DNA from: Vulcanisaeta distributa DSM 14429
Lineage (GTDB): Archaea > Thermoproteota > Thermoprotei > Thermoproteales > Thermocladiaceae
DNA length: 32,000 nt
Direction of reading: 5' to 3'
Assembly: GCF_000148385.1 (NCBI RefSeq)
Contig: NC_014537.1
Location: 1,620,001 to 1,652,000 of the forward strand
Part shown: positions 16,024 to 24,646 of the stretch, in pieces
Numbering within the stretch: position 1 is the first letter of the stretch
Layout: every line of letters starts with the position of its first letter
The notes under the pieces: model-generated
Seen by the model: the letters and a program-made list of their open reading frames with translations, nothing else
Told to the model about the DNA's origin: nothing
Database searches by the model: none
Position numbers and translations under genes: made by a program

Positions 16024-16461
16024 ATGAGACTATTTCAATGCCTACGATGCGATGAGTGCTGCTACTTTGATAATGAGGAGAGGGGCCCTATATTGTTTGA
16101 GGATGAGCTCGTTAGGTTAAGGACTTTAGCCAAGTCTAGGGGCTTTGATATTAAATATCGTGAACTAACCATAAATGGCGTTAAAGTGTATAGGTGGTTA
16201 GTAAGGGGTTATTGCCCATTTTACGATAGGGAAAATAGGGTTTGTACAATACATCCTATGAAACCACTCGCCTGCAAAATGTATCCGTTACTGTATAATC
16301 CAAATACCGGTGAGGTACTAATATCGAGGGAGTGTAAGTGGGTTGATGATGCCCTTAGTTCTGGCGAGGACTTGGGACTTGAGAACTTCCCTGGGGAGAC
16401 CAAGGCACTTGAGGAGGCATTGTCGCGGTTGTATAAGGTTAGGATTAGGATCCATAGGTAG
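16024..16461 (+). CDS. YkgJ-family Cys-cluster (CxxCxxCC) Zn/Fe-binding protein
   Basis: FQCLRCDECC near the N-terminus and CPFYD...CTIHPMKPLACKMYP. The start could instead be the ATG at 16000. Confidence 0.65.
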   Translation: MRLFQCLRCDECCYFDNEERGPILFEDELVRLRTLAKSRGFDIKYRELTINGVKVYRWLVRGYCPFYDRENRVCTIHPMKPLACKMYPLLYNPNTGEVLISRECKWVDDALSSGEDLGLENFPGETKALEEALSRLYKVRIRIHR

Positions 16462-16500
16462 TAAATACTTATAATTGGTCCATGTCTATGAACTTATTGA

Positions 16501-17721
16501 ATGAGTGAATTACCTGCAATTGAAGGTGGAAGCCCAATTAGATCTACGCCCCTTCGTTTTAGACCTTGGATAACCGATGAGGATATAAATCTCGTAATTG
16601 ACGTACTCAGGTCAGGCCAGTTATCAGCCATTGGCGGTAAATGGAATACCCTACTTGAGCAGGAACTAACTAAGTACTTAGGCGCTAAGTATGCCATAAC
16701 GGTGTCCAATGGCACAACCGCGCTACATGTGGCGCTTAAGGCCATTGGCGTTGGACCTGGCGATGAGGTTATTACAACACCATTCACATTCGCCGCATCG
16801 GCAACGACAATACTTCATTCGAATGCAATACCAGTATTTGCGGATATTGATAGGGAGACCCTGAACATAGACCCATCATCCATAGAGGACGCTATAACCG
16901 ATAGGACCAAGGCGATAATCGTTGTTCACTTGGCTGGTTATCCTGCTGAGATGGATGAAATAATGAAGATAGCTAATGAGAGGGGGCTATACGTAATCGA
17001 GGACACCGCACAGGCCCTTGGGGCGGTTTATAGGGGTCGTATGGCTGGTTCGATAGGTCATGTTGGCACATTAAGTTTTTACCCCACGAAAACGATAACC
17101 ACGGGTGAGGGTGGTGCGGTTATTACAAGTGATGCCGAGATCGCTAATAGGGTTAGGTTGTTAAGGAGTCATGGTGAGACCGGGAAGTATTACTATGAGT
17201 TGTTGGGTTATAATTACAGGATGACCGAGTTCCAGGCCGCACTTGGTTATTCACAGTTGAGGAGGATTGAGGAGATAATTAAGCGTAAGGAGATGTTTGC
17301 TAAGGTGCTCATGGAGGAGTTGCAGAACCTTGAGAATGACCTTATTCAATTCCCACGTCCAAAGCCATACATTAGGCATGCATGGCACCTATTCCAAATA
17401 CTCCTAAACCTGGAAAGGCTTAGGGTCAGTAGGGATAGGGTAATTGATGCATTAAGGGCTGAGGGTATTGAGGCAGCCACCGTGGCTTACCCAATACCCC
17501 TTCATAAAGAACCAATAATAACAAACATGATGGGTCATGGTAAAGGTTGCCCATGGACGTGCCCATACTACGGAAGGAAAGTTATGTATAAACCGTTGCC
17601 AAATGCTGAATGGGCTGCTGAACGAGTAGTGACAATCTTAATTGGGCCCTTATACACCACTGAGGACGCGATCGATACTGCAAAGGCAATAAGGAAGGTT
17701 CTTAACCATTACAGGAGGTAA
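16501..17721 (+). CDS. DegT/DnrJ/EryC1/StrS-family PLP-dependent sugar aminotransferase
   Basis: SNGTTALHVAL, the DTAQALG region and SFYPTKTITTGEGGAV, which carries the PLP lysine. Confidence 0.85.
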   Translation: MSELPAIEGGSPIRSTPLRFRPWITDEDINLVIDVLRSGQLSAIGGKWNTLLEQELTKYLGAKYAITVSNGTTALHVALKAIGVGPGDEVITTPFTFAASATTILHSNAIPVFADIDRETLNIDPSSIEDAITDRTKAIIVVHLAGYPAEMDEIMKIANERGLYVIEDTAQALGAVYRGRMAGSIGHVGTLSFYPTKTITTGEGGAVITSDAEIANRVRLLRSHGETGKYYYELLGYNYRMTEFQAALGYSQLRRIEEIIKRKEMFAKVLMEELQNLENDLIQFPRPKPYIRHAWHLFQILLNLERLRVSRDRVIDALRAEGIEAATVAYPIPLHKEPIITNMMGHGKGCPWTCPYYGRKVMYKPLPNAEWAAERVVTILIGPLYTTEDAIDTAKAIRKVLNHYRR

Positions 17722-17779
17722 GTAAAATAATAAATTGATTTTAATTTAATTTTGAACTTAAATTTACCTCGCTGACTTA

Positions 17780-17971
17780 TTAGGTTATTATGTTTCCTTG
17801 TTCGTCTACTTTTGCTATTACTTTTCTTACTGTTTTTCCGTCTGGTGTCTTGAACAACGCCATTACGAAGCCCTTCCTACCCTTAGGCTGAACCTTCCAA
17901 ACCTTCGTAGGCCTCAACTTCCTACCCTCAACCTCATACTCCCTCTTAGCCAGATCCTCAAGCGTAACCAT
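17780..17971 (-). CDS. creN7: chromatin protein Cren7
   Basis: [26 protein letters not shown] matches Sulfolobus Cren7 [27 protein letters not shown]. 63 aa. Confidence 0.85.
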   Translation of the reverse strand: MVTLEDLAKREYEVEGRKLRPTKVWKVQPKGRKGFVMALFKTPDGKTVRKVIAKVDEQGNIIT

Positions 17972-18000
17972 ATTGGTCGTTATCTTTTCTGCAGTGCTAG

Positions 18001-18010
18001 TTTATAAATA
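18001..18010 (-). promoter_or_regulatory. TATA box for cren7
   Basis: TATTTATAAA on the minus strand, about 34 nt upstream of the ATG. Confidence 0.4.
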
Positions 18011-18229
18011 TATCGCTTTAGAGAGAGCCGTGAGAATAAAATGAGGAAGAGATGAAAAACAAAAGCAAGAATTTATACTTATGTTTAATGTAATGTGGAT
18101 TTTTGTAACGTATACGTTTCCCAATGATTAATTGATAATTTTAGTAGGTCAAGGGTTTATCGTATTATTTACTTGAATACGCATGTTTTATCAAGTAATA
18201 CATATTTATATTAATGCTTGGTCGTTTTA

Positions 18230-18892
18230 ATGATGGTATTTAAATTCTTCAGTTCGGTGAAGTCAACAGAGAAGAAGTTTAGGGGATATGTCGGTAAGCC
18301 TGTTGTTACTAATGATGGTAAGGTAATTGGTACCGTAGTGAGCATAAAGTTAAGTAAGAGTGATTTGAAGCCAATCTCCATAACCGTTAAATTAAACGAT
18401 GGAAGTACTAAGGAGTTTAGTGTTAATGATGTCAGTGCCGTATTTGCAACGGATAAGGTGGTGTTTCAGAGGTTTAATGATGAGTATTCGGGCCTTGTTA
18501 GTATGTATAGGAATGAAGTGGATAGTATTAAGGAGAGGCTTAGGGACATCATGGACAAGCTGAATAAGCTTAGTGATTTACTCCTTCAGGGTGGTATCAA
18601 GGAAGACCTATATAGGGATATTAGGGATAGGCTTGAGAAGGAGAGGGTTAAGTGGATTAGGCAGTGCAATGAGAAGATCAGTGCGATAAATGATACGCTT
18701 TCTGAAATAGATAAGAAGATCGGTGATGCAGAAAGAAGGAAGAGCGAGTTAATGATTAAGCAGGTTGTTGGTGATTTAGGGGATGATGAGAAGAATGAAT
18801 TGACGGGACTCGAGGAGTTACTCAATCAATTGAGGAAGACTAGGTCTGAATTACTCTCGTTAAGGATAGAGTTGGAGAAGGAGTGCTATTAA
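18230..18892 (+). CDS. PRC-barrel plus coiled-coil protein, CdvA-like
   Basis: The N-terminal YVGKPVVTNDGKVIGTVVSI...KVVFQ looks like a PRC barrel. About 130 aa of heptad-rich coiled coil follows. TATA ATATTTATATTA lies about 22 nt upstream of the ATG. Confidence 0.45.
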   Translation: MMVFKFFSSVKSTEKKFRGYVGKPVVTNDGKVIGTVVSIKLSKSDLKPISITVKLNDGSTKEFSVNDVSAVFATDKVVFQRFNDEYSGLVSMYRNEVDSIKERLRDIMDKLNKLSDLLLQGGIKEDLYRDIRDRLEKERVKWIRQCNEKISAINDTLSEIDKKIGDAERRKSELMIKQVVGDLGDDEKNELTGLEELLNQLRKTRSELLSLRIELEKECY

Positions 18893-18904
18893 CGATATAA
18901 ATTA

Positions 18905-19117
18905 TTACAACGACTTGTACCTAAATGATAATGCCTTCTCGAATGGTATAAATTCATTCGTGTCATCATCATAATAACCGAGTACTGTATGCTCGGTATT
19001 CCTCTTGCACTTCTCACAGTAAAGGTATAGTTTACTACCAAGGTTTGTTAAGTCATATCCCGCATTAAACACTGACTCGGTACCGCACCTATCGCACTTA
19101 ATCAACCACTTAGTCAT
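18905..19117 (-). CDS. small zinc-ribbon protein (hypothetical)
   Basis: CDRCG...CEKCK four-Cys ribbon, 70 aa. Confidence 0.5.
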   Translation of the reverse strand: MTKWLIKCDRCGTESVFNAGYDLTNLGSKLYLYCEKCKRNTEHTVLGYYDDDTNEFIPFEKALSFRYKSL

Positions 19118-19163
19118 AAAACCCTAGGTAAACCCATGCCTAAGAGAAATAAACCTTATGGTA

Positions 19164-20057
19164 TTATGCCTTTAACCTCCTCATCATAGAGAGGACAAGG
19201 GCCTTAGCGGGATTCCTACCCGTGACTGCAGTTAACTCAGCCCAATCCGGTGATCCGTTCACCTCAAATATTACGTAACCATCCTTACCCTCGCCAATGT
19301 CAACACCGCCATAAATAAGGTCAAGAGCCTCCACGGACTTCACGGCTAATTCCATCACTGTCTTATCAATGTTAGTACAGGGCTTACCAACGGCTCCCTG
19401 AGCCACGTTGGTTTTCCATTGACCCAATGGGGCGACCCTAATCATGCAGCCGAAGACCTCACCATCGATTACCATGACCCTAATATCACGGTTAGGCTTC
19501 TCTATGTACTTCTGTAGGTATATTGGCTTTTTGAACGTGAGTAACGTTCTCATTATTTGGAACGCTATGTCAGCATCACTCACCTTCACCGCACCATAAC
19601 CCCTCGAACCCTGCAACGGCTTAATCACCACATCCTTCATGCTCTTAGCCATCTCGTACGCGTATAGTATGTCCTCGGTGCCTATTGTGTCGGGCACAGG
19701 CAAGCCCTTACTCTTTAATATTACGGTTGTCTCAAGCTTATTCCTAGTCCTTAGTAATCCATCCAATGGATTAATAACCACAGTACCGCTCTCCTCAATT
19801 AATCTCATGGTTATTGTCCTCCTGAAGAAGGTCTCAACATCAATGAGAACACCAAGGCTCCTAAGGAAGACACCATCAACCTTAAACGGCCTATCCCTAA
19901 TAACCGTGAGCGGCCCATCCTTATCAACCTTAACCGATATTCGTGAAATCGGCACATACATGGCATTTAAACCAGAATCTCTTGCATAAATGATTAAGTC
20001 CCTGCTTGGTCTGTCGGGTATTGGCGAATCACCTATTATAACGACTGAATTAGGCAT
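19164..20057 (-). CDS. RimK/LysX-family ATP-grasp ligase
   Basis: ATP-grasp layout: VVIKPLQGSRGYGAVKV, LQKYIEKPNRDIRVMVIDGEV, DLIYGGVDIGEGKDGYVIFEVNGSP. Confidence 0.8.
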   Translation of the reverse strand: MPNSVVIIGDSPIPDRPSRDLIIYARDSGLNAMYVPISRISVKVDKDGPLTVIRDRPFKVDGVFLRSLGVLIDVETFFRRTITMRLIEESGTVVINPLDGLLRTRNKLETTVILKSKGLPVPDTIGTEDILYAYEMAKSMKDVVIKPLQGSRGYGAVKVSDADIAFQIMRTLLTFKKPIYLQKYIEKPNRDIRVMVIDGEVFGCMIRVAPLGQWKTNVAQGAVGKPCTNIDKTVMELAVKSVEALDLIYGGVDIGEGKDGYVIFEVNGSPDWAELTAVTGRNPAKALVLSMMRRLKA

Positions 20058-20137
20058 ACACCGTGCCCAATTTAAATTAATTTATAAATCTTTTAACGTA
20101 AAATATGTACATAGCACAATCGGTTCTTAATTTTAAG

Positions 20138-20698
20138 TTAAACCTGAGGTGGTGGGGGAGGTGGGGGTTGGCGTCTCCTTACCCTACGTGGTGAGTACCT
20201 TCTCCTTAACTCATTAGTCATCATTAGAGCTAACAAGGTGAGTACCAGCGTTATTACTAGTAGTATTATTGATAGTAATAACGAAAATGTTCCAGGCAGT
20301 AGTGGACCCATCATGCCAGAAAAACCAACGTAATATTGGTAAATAACGTATATGCCGATTGCCGATATCAACGCTATTAAAATTAGGATAACACTGGTCG
20401 TGATTATCGAGGGCAACCCCAGAAATTCTCTCCTGTTTAGGCTTGACCTAGCCATATATATCATGAAGCCCCCAATTACTGCCATTATCGATGACGTGGC
20501 TATAAGCCCCGTAACAGCGTTCAGCCCAGGGAAGGTGAGCACTTGGAAGTACTTTACTGCTATTGACGGTGGTAACTCATTTGATAGGAAGTCGGCGGCT
20601 ATGATTATCATGATAACCGATAGTAATGCGGCAATAACAGATATGAACATGAACATTGATGACCTATCAATTAACCTCTGTATCTCATCTGAATACAT
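20138..20698 (-). CDS. polytopic membrane protein with Arg-rich and poly-Pro C-terminus (hypothetical)
   Basis: Four or five hydrophobic helices, tail RRRYSPRRVRRRQPPPPPPPQV. Confidence 0.55.
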   Translation of the reverse strand: MYSDEIQRLIDRSSMFMFISVIAALLSVIMIIIAADFLSNELPPSIAVKYFQVLTFPGLNAVTGLIATSSIMAVIGGFMIYMARSSLNRREFLGLPSIITTSVILILIALISAIGIYVIYQYYVGFSGMMGPLLPGTFSLLLSIILLVITLVLTLLALMMTNELRRRYSPRRVRRRQPPPPPPPQV

Positions 20699-20714
20699 GG
20701 CTTGAGCACCCTAA

Positions 20715-20930
20715 TCACTGTAAATATATGTACTGCCTTATCCTAACCTTACAGTTAGGGCATGTTAATGACCTCTCGATTAACTTAACCCTATGCCTAT
20801 TATCCTCCCTAACCCACTCACCATCAATAACCATCACAGATCCACAACTTGGGCACTTATTTACGTATGGGTTTAAGCTATAATACGGTATTGATGACAA
20901 TATACCCTTAATATCCCTTTGCGGTATCAT
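20715..20930 (-). CDS. small zinc-ribbon protein (hypothetical)
   Basis: CPSCG...CPNCK, 71 aa. Confidence 0.5.
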   Translation of the reverse strand: MIPQRDIKGILSSIPYYSLNPYVNKCPSCGSVMVIDGEWVREDNRHRVKLIERSLTCPNCKVRIRQYIYLQ

Positions 20931-21035
20931 CCAGATCGCCTTATCAATAAATAACTAATTAATAAATGTTTAAGGATCAATAAAACCAACATGGCAAACA
21001 AAAACACTAAAAATTCCTGAAGCCACGTTAAATTA

Positions 21036-21251
21036 ATGGGTGGTGAGTTACGAGTACCCGAGATACCTGCTGAGTTAAAACCTGTCTTGGAAATAGTGTA
21101 TGAAGGTAATGCACCACACATAAAGTGTAAGTATAGGGGTAAGGATGGTAAGGAGTGTGGTGCATTATTCTTTAGTCTTAGTGATGCAATTAGGCATTTA
21201 GTCATACACGATAGTAAGTATAGGAGGTTCTTATCTCTTATTAATACGTAA
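21036..21251 (+). CDS. small C2H2-type zinc-finger protein (hypothetical)
   Basis: CKYRGKDGKEC-GALFFSLSDAIRH-LVIH gives C-x9-C-x12-H-x3-H with the F/L core. I prefer it over the antisense ORF 20927-21256. Confidence 0.45.
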   Translation: MGGELRVPEIPAELKPVLEIVYEGNAPHIKCKYRGKDGKECGALFFSLSDAIRHLVIHDSKYRRFLSLINT

Positions 21252-21718
21252 TGCATTTAAATCCCAATACCTTACTTCGTAAAAATATGGCAAAGCAGGT
21301 ATCATTAAATGAACTGTTGAATATTGTTAATAATGTTGAGAACTTCGAAGTTGTCGATTATCAGGGAGACTCAATAGTGATTGATGAGGTTAAGGGTATT
21401 GTTAAGATAAAGGATGAGGAGACGAAGAAGGAACTTAGTGAGCTACGTAAGAGAAGTCCGAGGGGTAAACCAACGCCCAAGCAAATATCGACTACGGCAA
21501 AAGCTGTTAAGAGGCTTGTTGAGAATAAGGTGAAGTTTAAGGTGGTCTTTGGGCCTAAGGAGGTCATTATTAGGTTTGACCTTGACCACTACGTTAGGCT
21601 TAGTGATAAAGATGTCAGGATTGTGGGGTTCTCAGGTAGGGATGAGGGTGCCCTGGGTCTGATAGCTGATGTCCTCGAGAGATACGGGCCGCTTGTCTTC
21701 CTTAGGAGGGTTAAATAA
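21251..21718 (+). CDS. hypothetical protein
   Basis: 155-aa ORF whose ATG overlaps the preceding stop (TAATG). Alternative start at 21287 (MAKQ). No family recognised. Confidence 0.45.
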   Translation: MHLNPNTLLRKNMAKQVSLNELLNIVNNVENFEVVDYQGDSIVIDEVKGIVKIKDEETKKELSELRKRSPRGKPTPKQISTTAKAVKRLVENKVKFKVVFGPKEVIIRFDLDHYVRLSDKDVRIVGFSGRDEGALGLIADVLERYGPLVFLRRVK

Positions 21719-21775
21719 TATCTTTAGTAATATCCCTGAAATTGAGTTTTAGGCTATTAAATACCGTAGCAGCTA

Positions 21776-22507
21776 ATGATTGTGCTACCTAAATTCCTAA
21801 TCATGAGAAGGCACCCGATTTTACCGCTTAGGCTGGACGATGAACTACTCTGTATTATGCATAGGGATAATTATATTGATTTCGTACCATCATGCGGCGA
21901 GGCCGGTAATTATGTGATGCTAATTCCATATCAAGGATCATACATAGAGAGCAAGCCGGTTAGGCCCATCATTTGGGGTGATTTGTCGAGTATTGAGGTC
22001 TACGCCTTATTAAGGGGTGAGTTGGCGCTTTATGAGTTGAGTATTAAGGATGGTAAGGCGTCGTACATTAGGTACCGCGTTAATGAGGAGTTTCTTAGAG
22101 GTGTTAGCTTCCATGGGAATGCCATGAATGAGTTATTAAGTGTTGTTGATACAGTACTGAGGAATTACATAAAGTCCAGCTTCATGATTTACACAGCCTA
22201 CCTAAGGCTTATGGTAAATGGTAGTGTTAAGTTCCCTGGGTATAGGGAGTACGTTAGGGGTAAGGTTAGGATTTACGGTAATGATGGTTTGATAATAGTG
22301 AAGGAGAGTAGTGGTGATGAGGTTAGGGTATCATTAGTATCAACCATTGAGGGCATTAACAACTTCACGAGCATAATAATGTCGTTGATAAAGTCGTCAA
22401 GGGTTATAAACGATATTAGACTTGGTAGGATTGGACATTCTATTAAGTTATTGCTCGATGTCTTCATCCCTAATAATTTATTAACTGCTGTTAATAAGGA
22501 TTCCTGA
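21776..22507 (+). CDS. hypothetical protein
   Basis: 243-aa ORF. Its stop overlaps the PfkB start (ATGA-type overlap at 22505-22509). No family recognised. Confidence 0.5.
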   Translation: MIVLPKFLIMRRHPILPLRLDDELLCIMHRDNYIDFVPSCGEAGNYVMLIPYQGSYIESKPVRPIIWGDLSSIEVYALLRGELALYELSIKDGKASYIRYRVNEEFLRGVSFHGNAMNELLSVVDTVLRNYIKSSFMIYTAYLRLMVNGSVKFPGYREYVRGKVRIYGNDGLIIVKESSGDEVRVSLVSTIEGINNFTSIIMSLIKSSRVINDIRLGRIGHSIKLLLDVFIPNNLLTAVNKDS

Positions 22508-23379
22508 TGCTTGGAATAATCGGTCATGCAGCCATTGATATAATAAGGAGGGGTTCAACGGTTAGGAGGTCACCAGGTGGCGCACCAACATACTGCTCGT
22601 TCTACCTTAAGCAAATAGGCGTTGATCCACTACCAATCACTTTGGTCGGTAATGACTTCAATGATTATCTAACCGATTATAGGAGTAGGGGCATAGTTAC
22701 GGACAGAATTAAAATATTAAGTAATTGTGATAGTACGTCCTATGAAATAATGTATTACGACACAACGAGAAGGTTAAGGTTATTGGCCAGGTGTAGAGAC
22801 TTCTCAATTGATGATCTCTACGAATTACCTGATACGGTTGCGGTAAACCCAATAGCTAGGGAGGTTAGCCTGGAGGTTTTACAGTATATTAGAAGGAGTG
22901 TTAGGTTCATGGGCGTTGATTTACAGGGATTTACTAGGGTATTTGATGAAAATAATTATGTGAAGACTAAGGTTAATATTAATGATATTACGAAGATAAT
23001 TGGGTATGCGGATATAGTTAAGGCTAGTGTCGATGACGTACCAATAAGCGAGTTCGAGACCATAGCTAGTAAGTACCCAGGTAAAGTCGTGGTACTAACC
23101 ATGGGTGCCAATGGATCGATACTACTTTATAATGGTCATAAACTCCGTGTTTTCACGGACGGCATAGTCAATGCGAAAGATCCAACAGGTGCCGGTGATG
23201 TGTTAACCTGTTCATTAACGTACATGCTCAGTAGGGGTGAGGACCTCGAGTGGTCATTCCTCTTCTCAAACGCTGTCGCGGTTGCTAAGACCATGGGTGA
23301 GGGGCCTTATGGCATCATTAATAATAATATTGTGAACAAGATTGCCAATAAATTATCCTCACGACTTATTAGGACCTAA
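22507..23379 (+). CDS. PfkB-family carbohydrate/nucleoside kinase
   Basis: N-terminal GGAPTY region and C-terminal DPTGAGDVLTCSL (PfkB signature 2). Confidence 0.8.
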   Translation: MLGIIGHAAIDIIRRGSTVRRSPGGAPTYCSFYLKQIGVDPLPITLVGNDFNDYLTDYRSRGIVTDRIKILSNCDSTSYEIMYYDTTRRLRLLARCRDFSIDDLYELPDTVAVNPIAREVSLEVLQYIRRSVRFMGVDLQGFTRVFDENNYVKTKVNINDITKIIGYADIVKASVDDVPISEFETIASKYPGKVVVLTMGANGSILLYNGHKLRVFTDGIVNAKDPTGAGDVLTCSLTYMLSRGEDLEWSFLFSNAVAVAKTMGEGPYGIINNNIVNKIANKLSSRLIRT

Positions 23380-23853
23380 TCTACTAATTATGTCACTCAC
23401 GTAATCAATGTCCGTAACCTGGACATAACTAAACCTGCCTACCCTCCTAACGGTTATTAACCCCCTATCATGTAACCTCCTTATTATCCTGGAAACAGTA
23501 CTTTTAGGCAGTCCCAATTCTCTCGCGATCTCTGCTTGATACGCATCGCCGCCCCTGCTTAATAGGTAGGATAGAACCCTTATCTCGTCCTCATTAATAT
23601 TCGCAATTAACTCATTAACATCCACTGCACCCTCTTTACTCCTGCTCATAGTATCAAACTCGAGTTGATTAACAACAGTTGATGATTTATTAACCTTGAC
23701 ATTCCCCACATCTTTATCTATTGGTTTTCTTGCTTCCTTAAATATTTGATAAATGAATGATGATAATACTGCAAATTGAATGAGAGCCGCGGAAACCACC
23801 AGGTAATAATTGTATATACTCATCATAACCATACAAGTCATAGTAAATGACAT
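23359..23853 (-). CDS. membrane-associated winged-helix transcriptional regulator (COG2512-like), second copy
   Basis: N-terminal TM segment MTCMVMMSIYNYYLVVSAALIQFAVL and wHTH EIRVLSYLLSRGGDAYQAEIARELGLPKSTVSRIIRRLHDRGLI. The exact start is uncertain because several Met codons follow. Confidence 0.65.
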   Translation of the reverse strand: MSFTMTCMVMMSIYNYYLVVSAALIQFAVLSSFIYQIFKEARKPIDKDVGNVKVNKSSTVVNQLEFDTMSRSKEGAVDVNELIANINEDEIRVLSYLLSRGGDAYQAEIARELGLPKSTVSRIIRRLHDRGLITVRRVGRFSYVQVTDIDYVSDIISRLGPNKS

Positions 23854-23930
23854 ACTTATTTATAAATTACACTGGCTCTTAATAAATCATATAAGTAATC
23901 AAAAGAAGTAGAACGTAAATATGCGACCAC

Positions 23931-24641
23931 TTAAGAGCACGATCTTTCTACCTCATTAATCATATCATCAATTTTCGAGGCTATTAACGTTAATATCCCA
24001 AGGCTGGGAAACTCAGCCGTTAAATGCGCTATACCTAAGTCCTCATAAACTATTTGGGCATTAAATCCCTTATTCACTAAGGAATCAACCACGCACTTTA
24101 ATGCCGTTATGGCCCTGACAAGCACATCCACCTTAACCTTGCCCAACTCCAATTGGCGATGCTCAAGCTCCACAGATACCCTTATCACACCAACCTTGGT
24201 ATCATAAACCTTAAACATACTCGCTGAGGTATCACTTAAATCGAGTATCCAATTCCTTGATGCGAGCTCATAATTAATCTCAGTCTTTAATAAGGGGTTA
24301 TTTAAGTAACTTAATAACTCAATTATTAGTGTTGTTAATGAGTCGACGTAGGTACTTACTGACTGCAAATCGTCATATAACTCGGTCTCAGGGCTTGGGT
24401 ATATCATCGCCACCTTACTGTCTTGAACGTAGTCAATTGTGAATTTAAAATGAGGAGTTAATATTGTGAGTAGGGATATTTCAATCTCATTTACAGGCTT
24501 TATTGATACAAACCTTAGCTTATACTTATTAATTGCCTTATCATATACGACCCTTGTCTCAATGGTCTTACCAAGCACTGAGTATCTATGTACATATGTA
24601 GTCATTAAAGCATCCTCAGCCTCCACGCTCCAGTTAATCAT
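23931..24641 (-). CDS. hypothetical protein
   Basis: 236-aa ORF with protein-like composition. No family recognised. Alternative start at 24605. Confidence 0.5.
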   Translation of the reverse strand: MINWSVEAEDALMTTYVHRYSVLGKTIETRVVYDKAINKYKLRFVSIKPVNEIEISLLTILTPHFKFTIDYVQDSKVAMIYPSPETELYDDLQSVSTYVDSLTTLIIELLSYLNNPLLKTEINYELASRNWILDLSDTSASMFKVYDTKVGVIRVSVELEHRQLELGKVKVDVLVRAITALKCVVDSLVNKGFNAQIVYEDLGIAHLTAEFPSLGILTLIASKIDDMINEVERSCS

Positions 24642-24646
24642 TAATA

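Noticed and set aside
18905-19117. The zinc-ribbon protein next to the RimK/LysX-type ligase as a LysW amino-group carrier.
   Set aside because: It lacks the acidic C-terminal tail (EDWGE type) that LysX modifies. It ends in FRYKSL, and no other lys or arg biosynthesis genes are adjacent.
19639-19989. Antisense shadow ORFs inside confident genes. Besides this one they are 322-516, 436-669, 2803-3073, 3040-3225, 3761-3943, 5213-5467, 6485-7211 (four ORFs), 8473-8655, 8844-9119 and 9742-9930. The list continues with 10964-11263, 12382-12618, 12984-13513, 15212-15502, 16221-16403, 16494-16787, 17798-18007 and 18586-18825. The remainder are 20352-20883, 21361-21567, 22273-22527, 24466-24654, 25801-25992, 26891-27449, 29109-29837 and 31259-31450.
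   Set aside because: Each lies opposite to, or out of frame with, a gene that has clear family motifs. They are Ser/Leu/Pro/Ile-rich, as expected for antisense frames, and have no motifs or plausible promoters.
20927-21256. 109-aa minus-strand ORF opposite the C2H2 finger gene.
   Set aside because: Its composition is Leu/Ser/Cys-rich and unlike a protein, with no motif. The plus-strand ORF has a clean C2H2 pattern, a TATA-like CTAAAAATT about 20 nt upstream and a coupled downstream gene.
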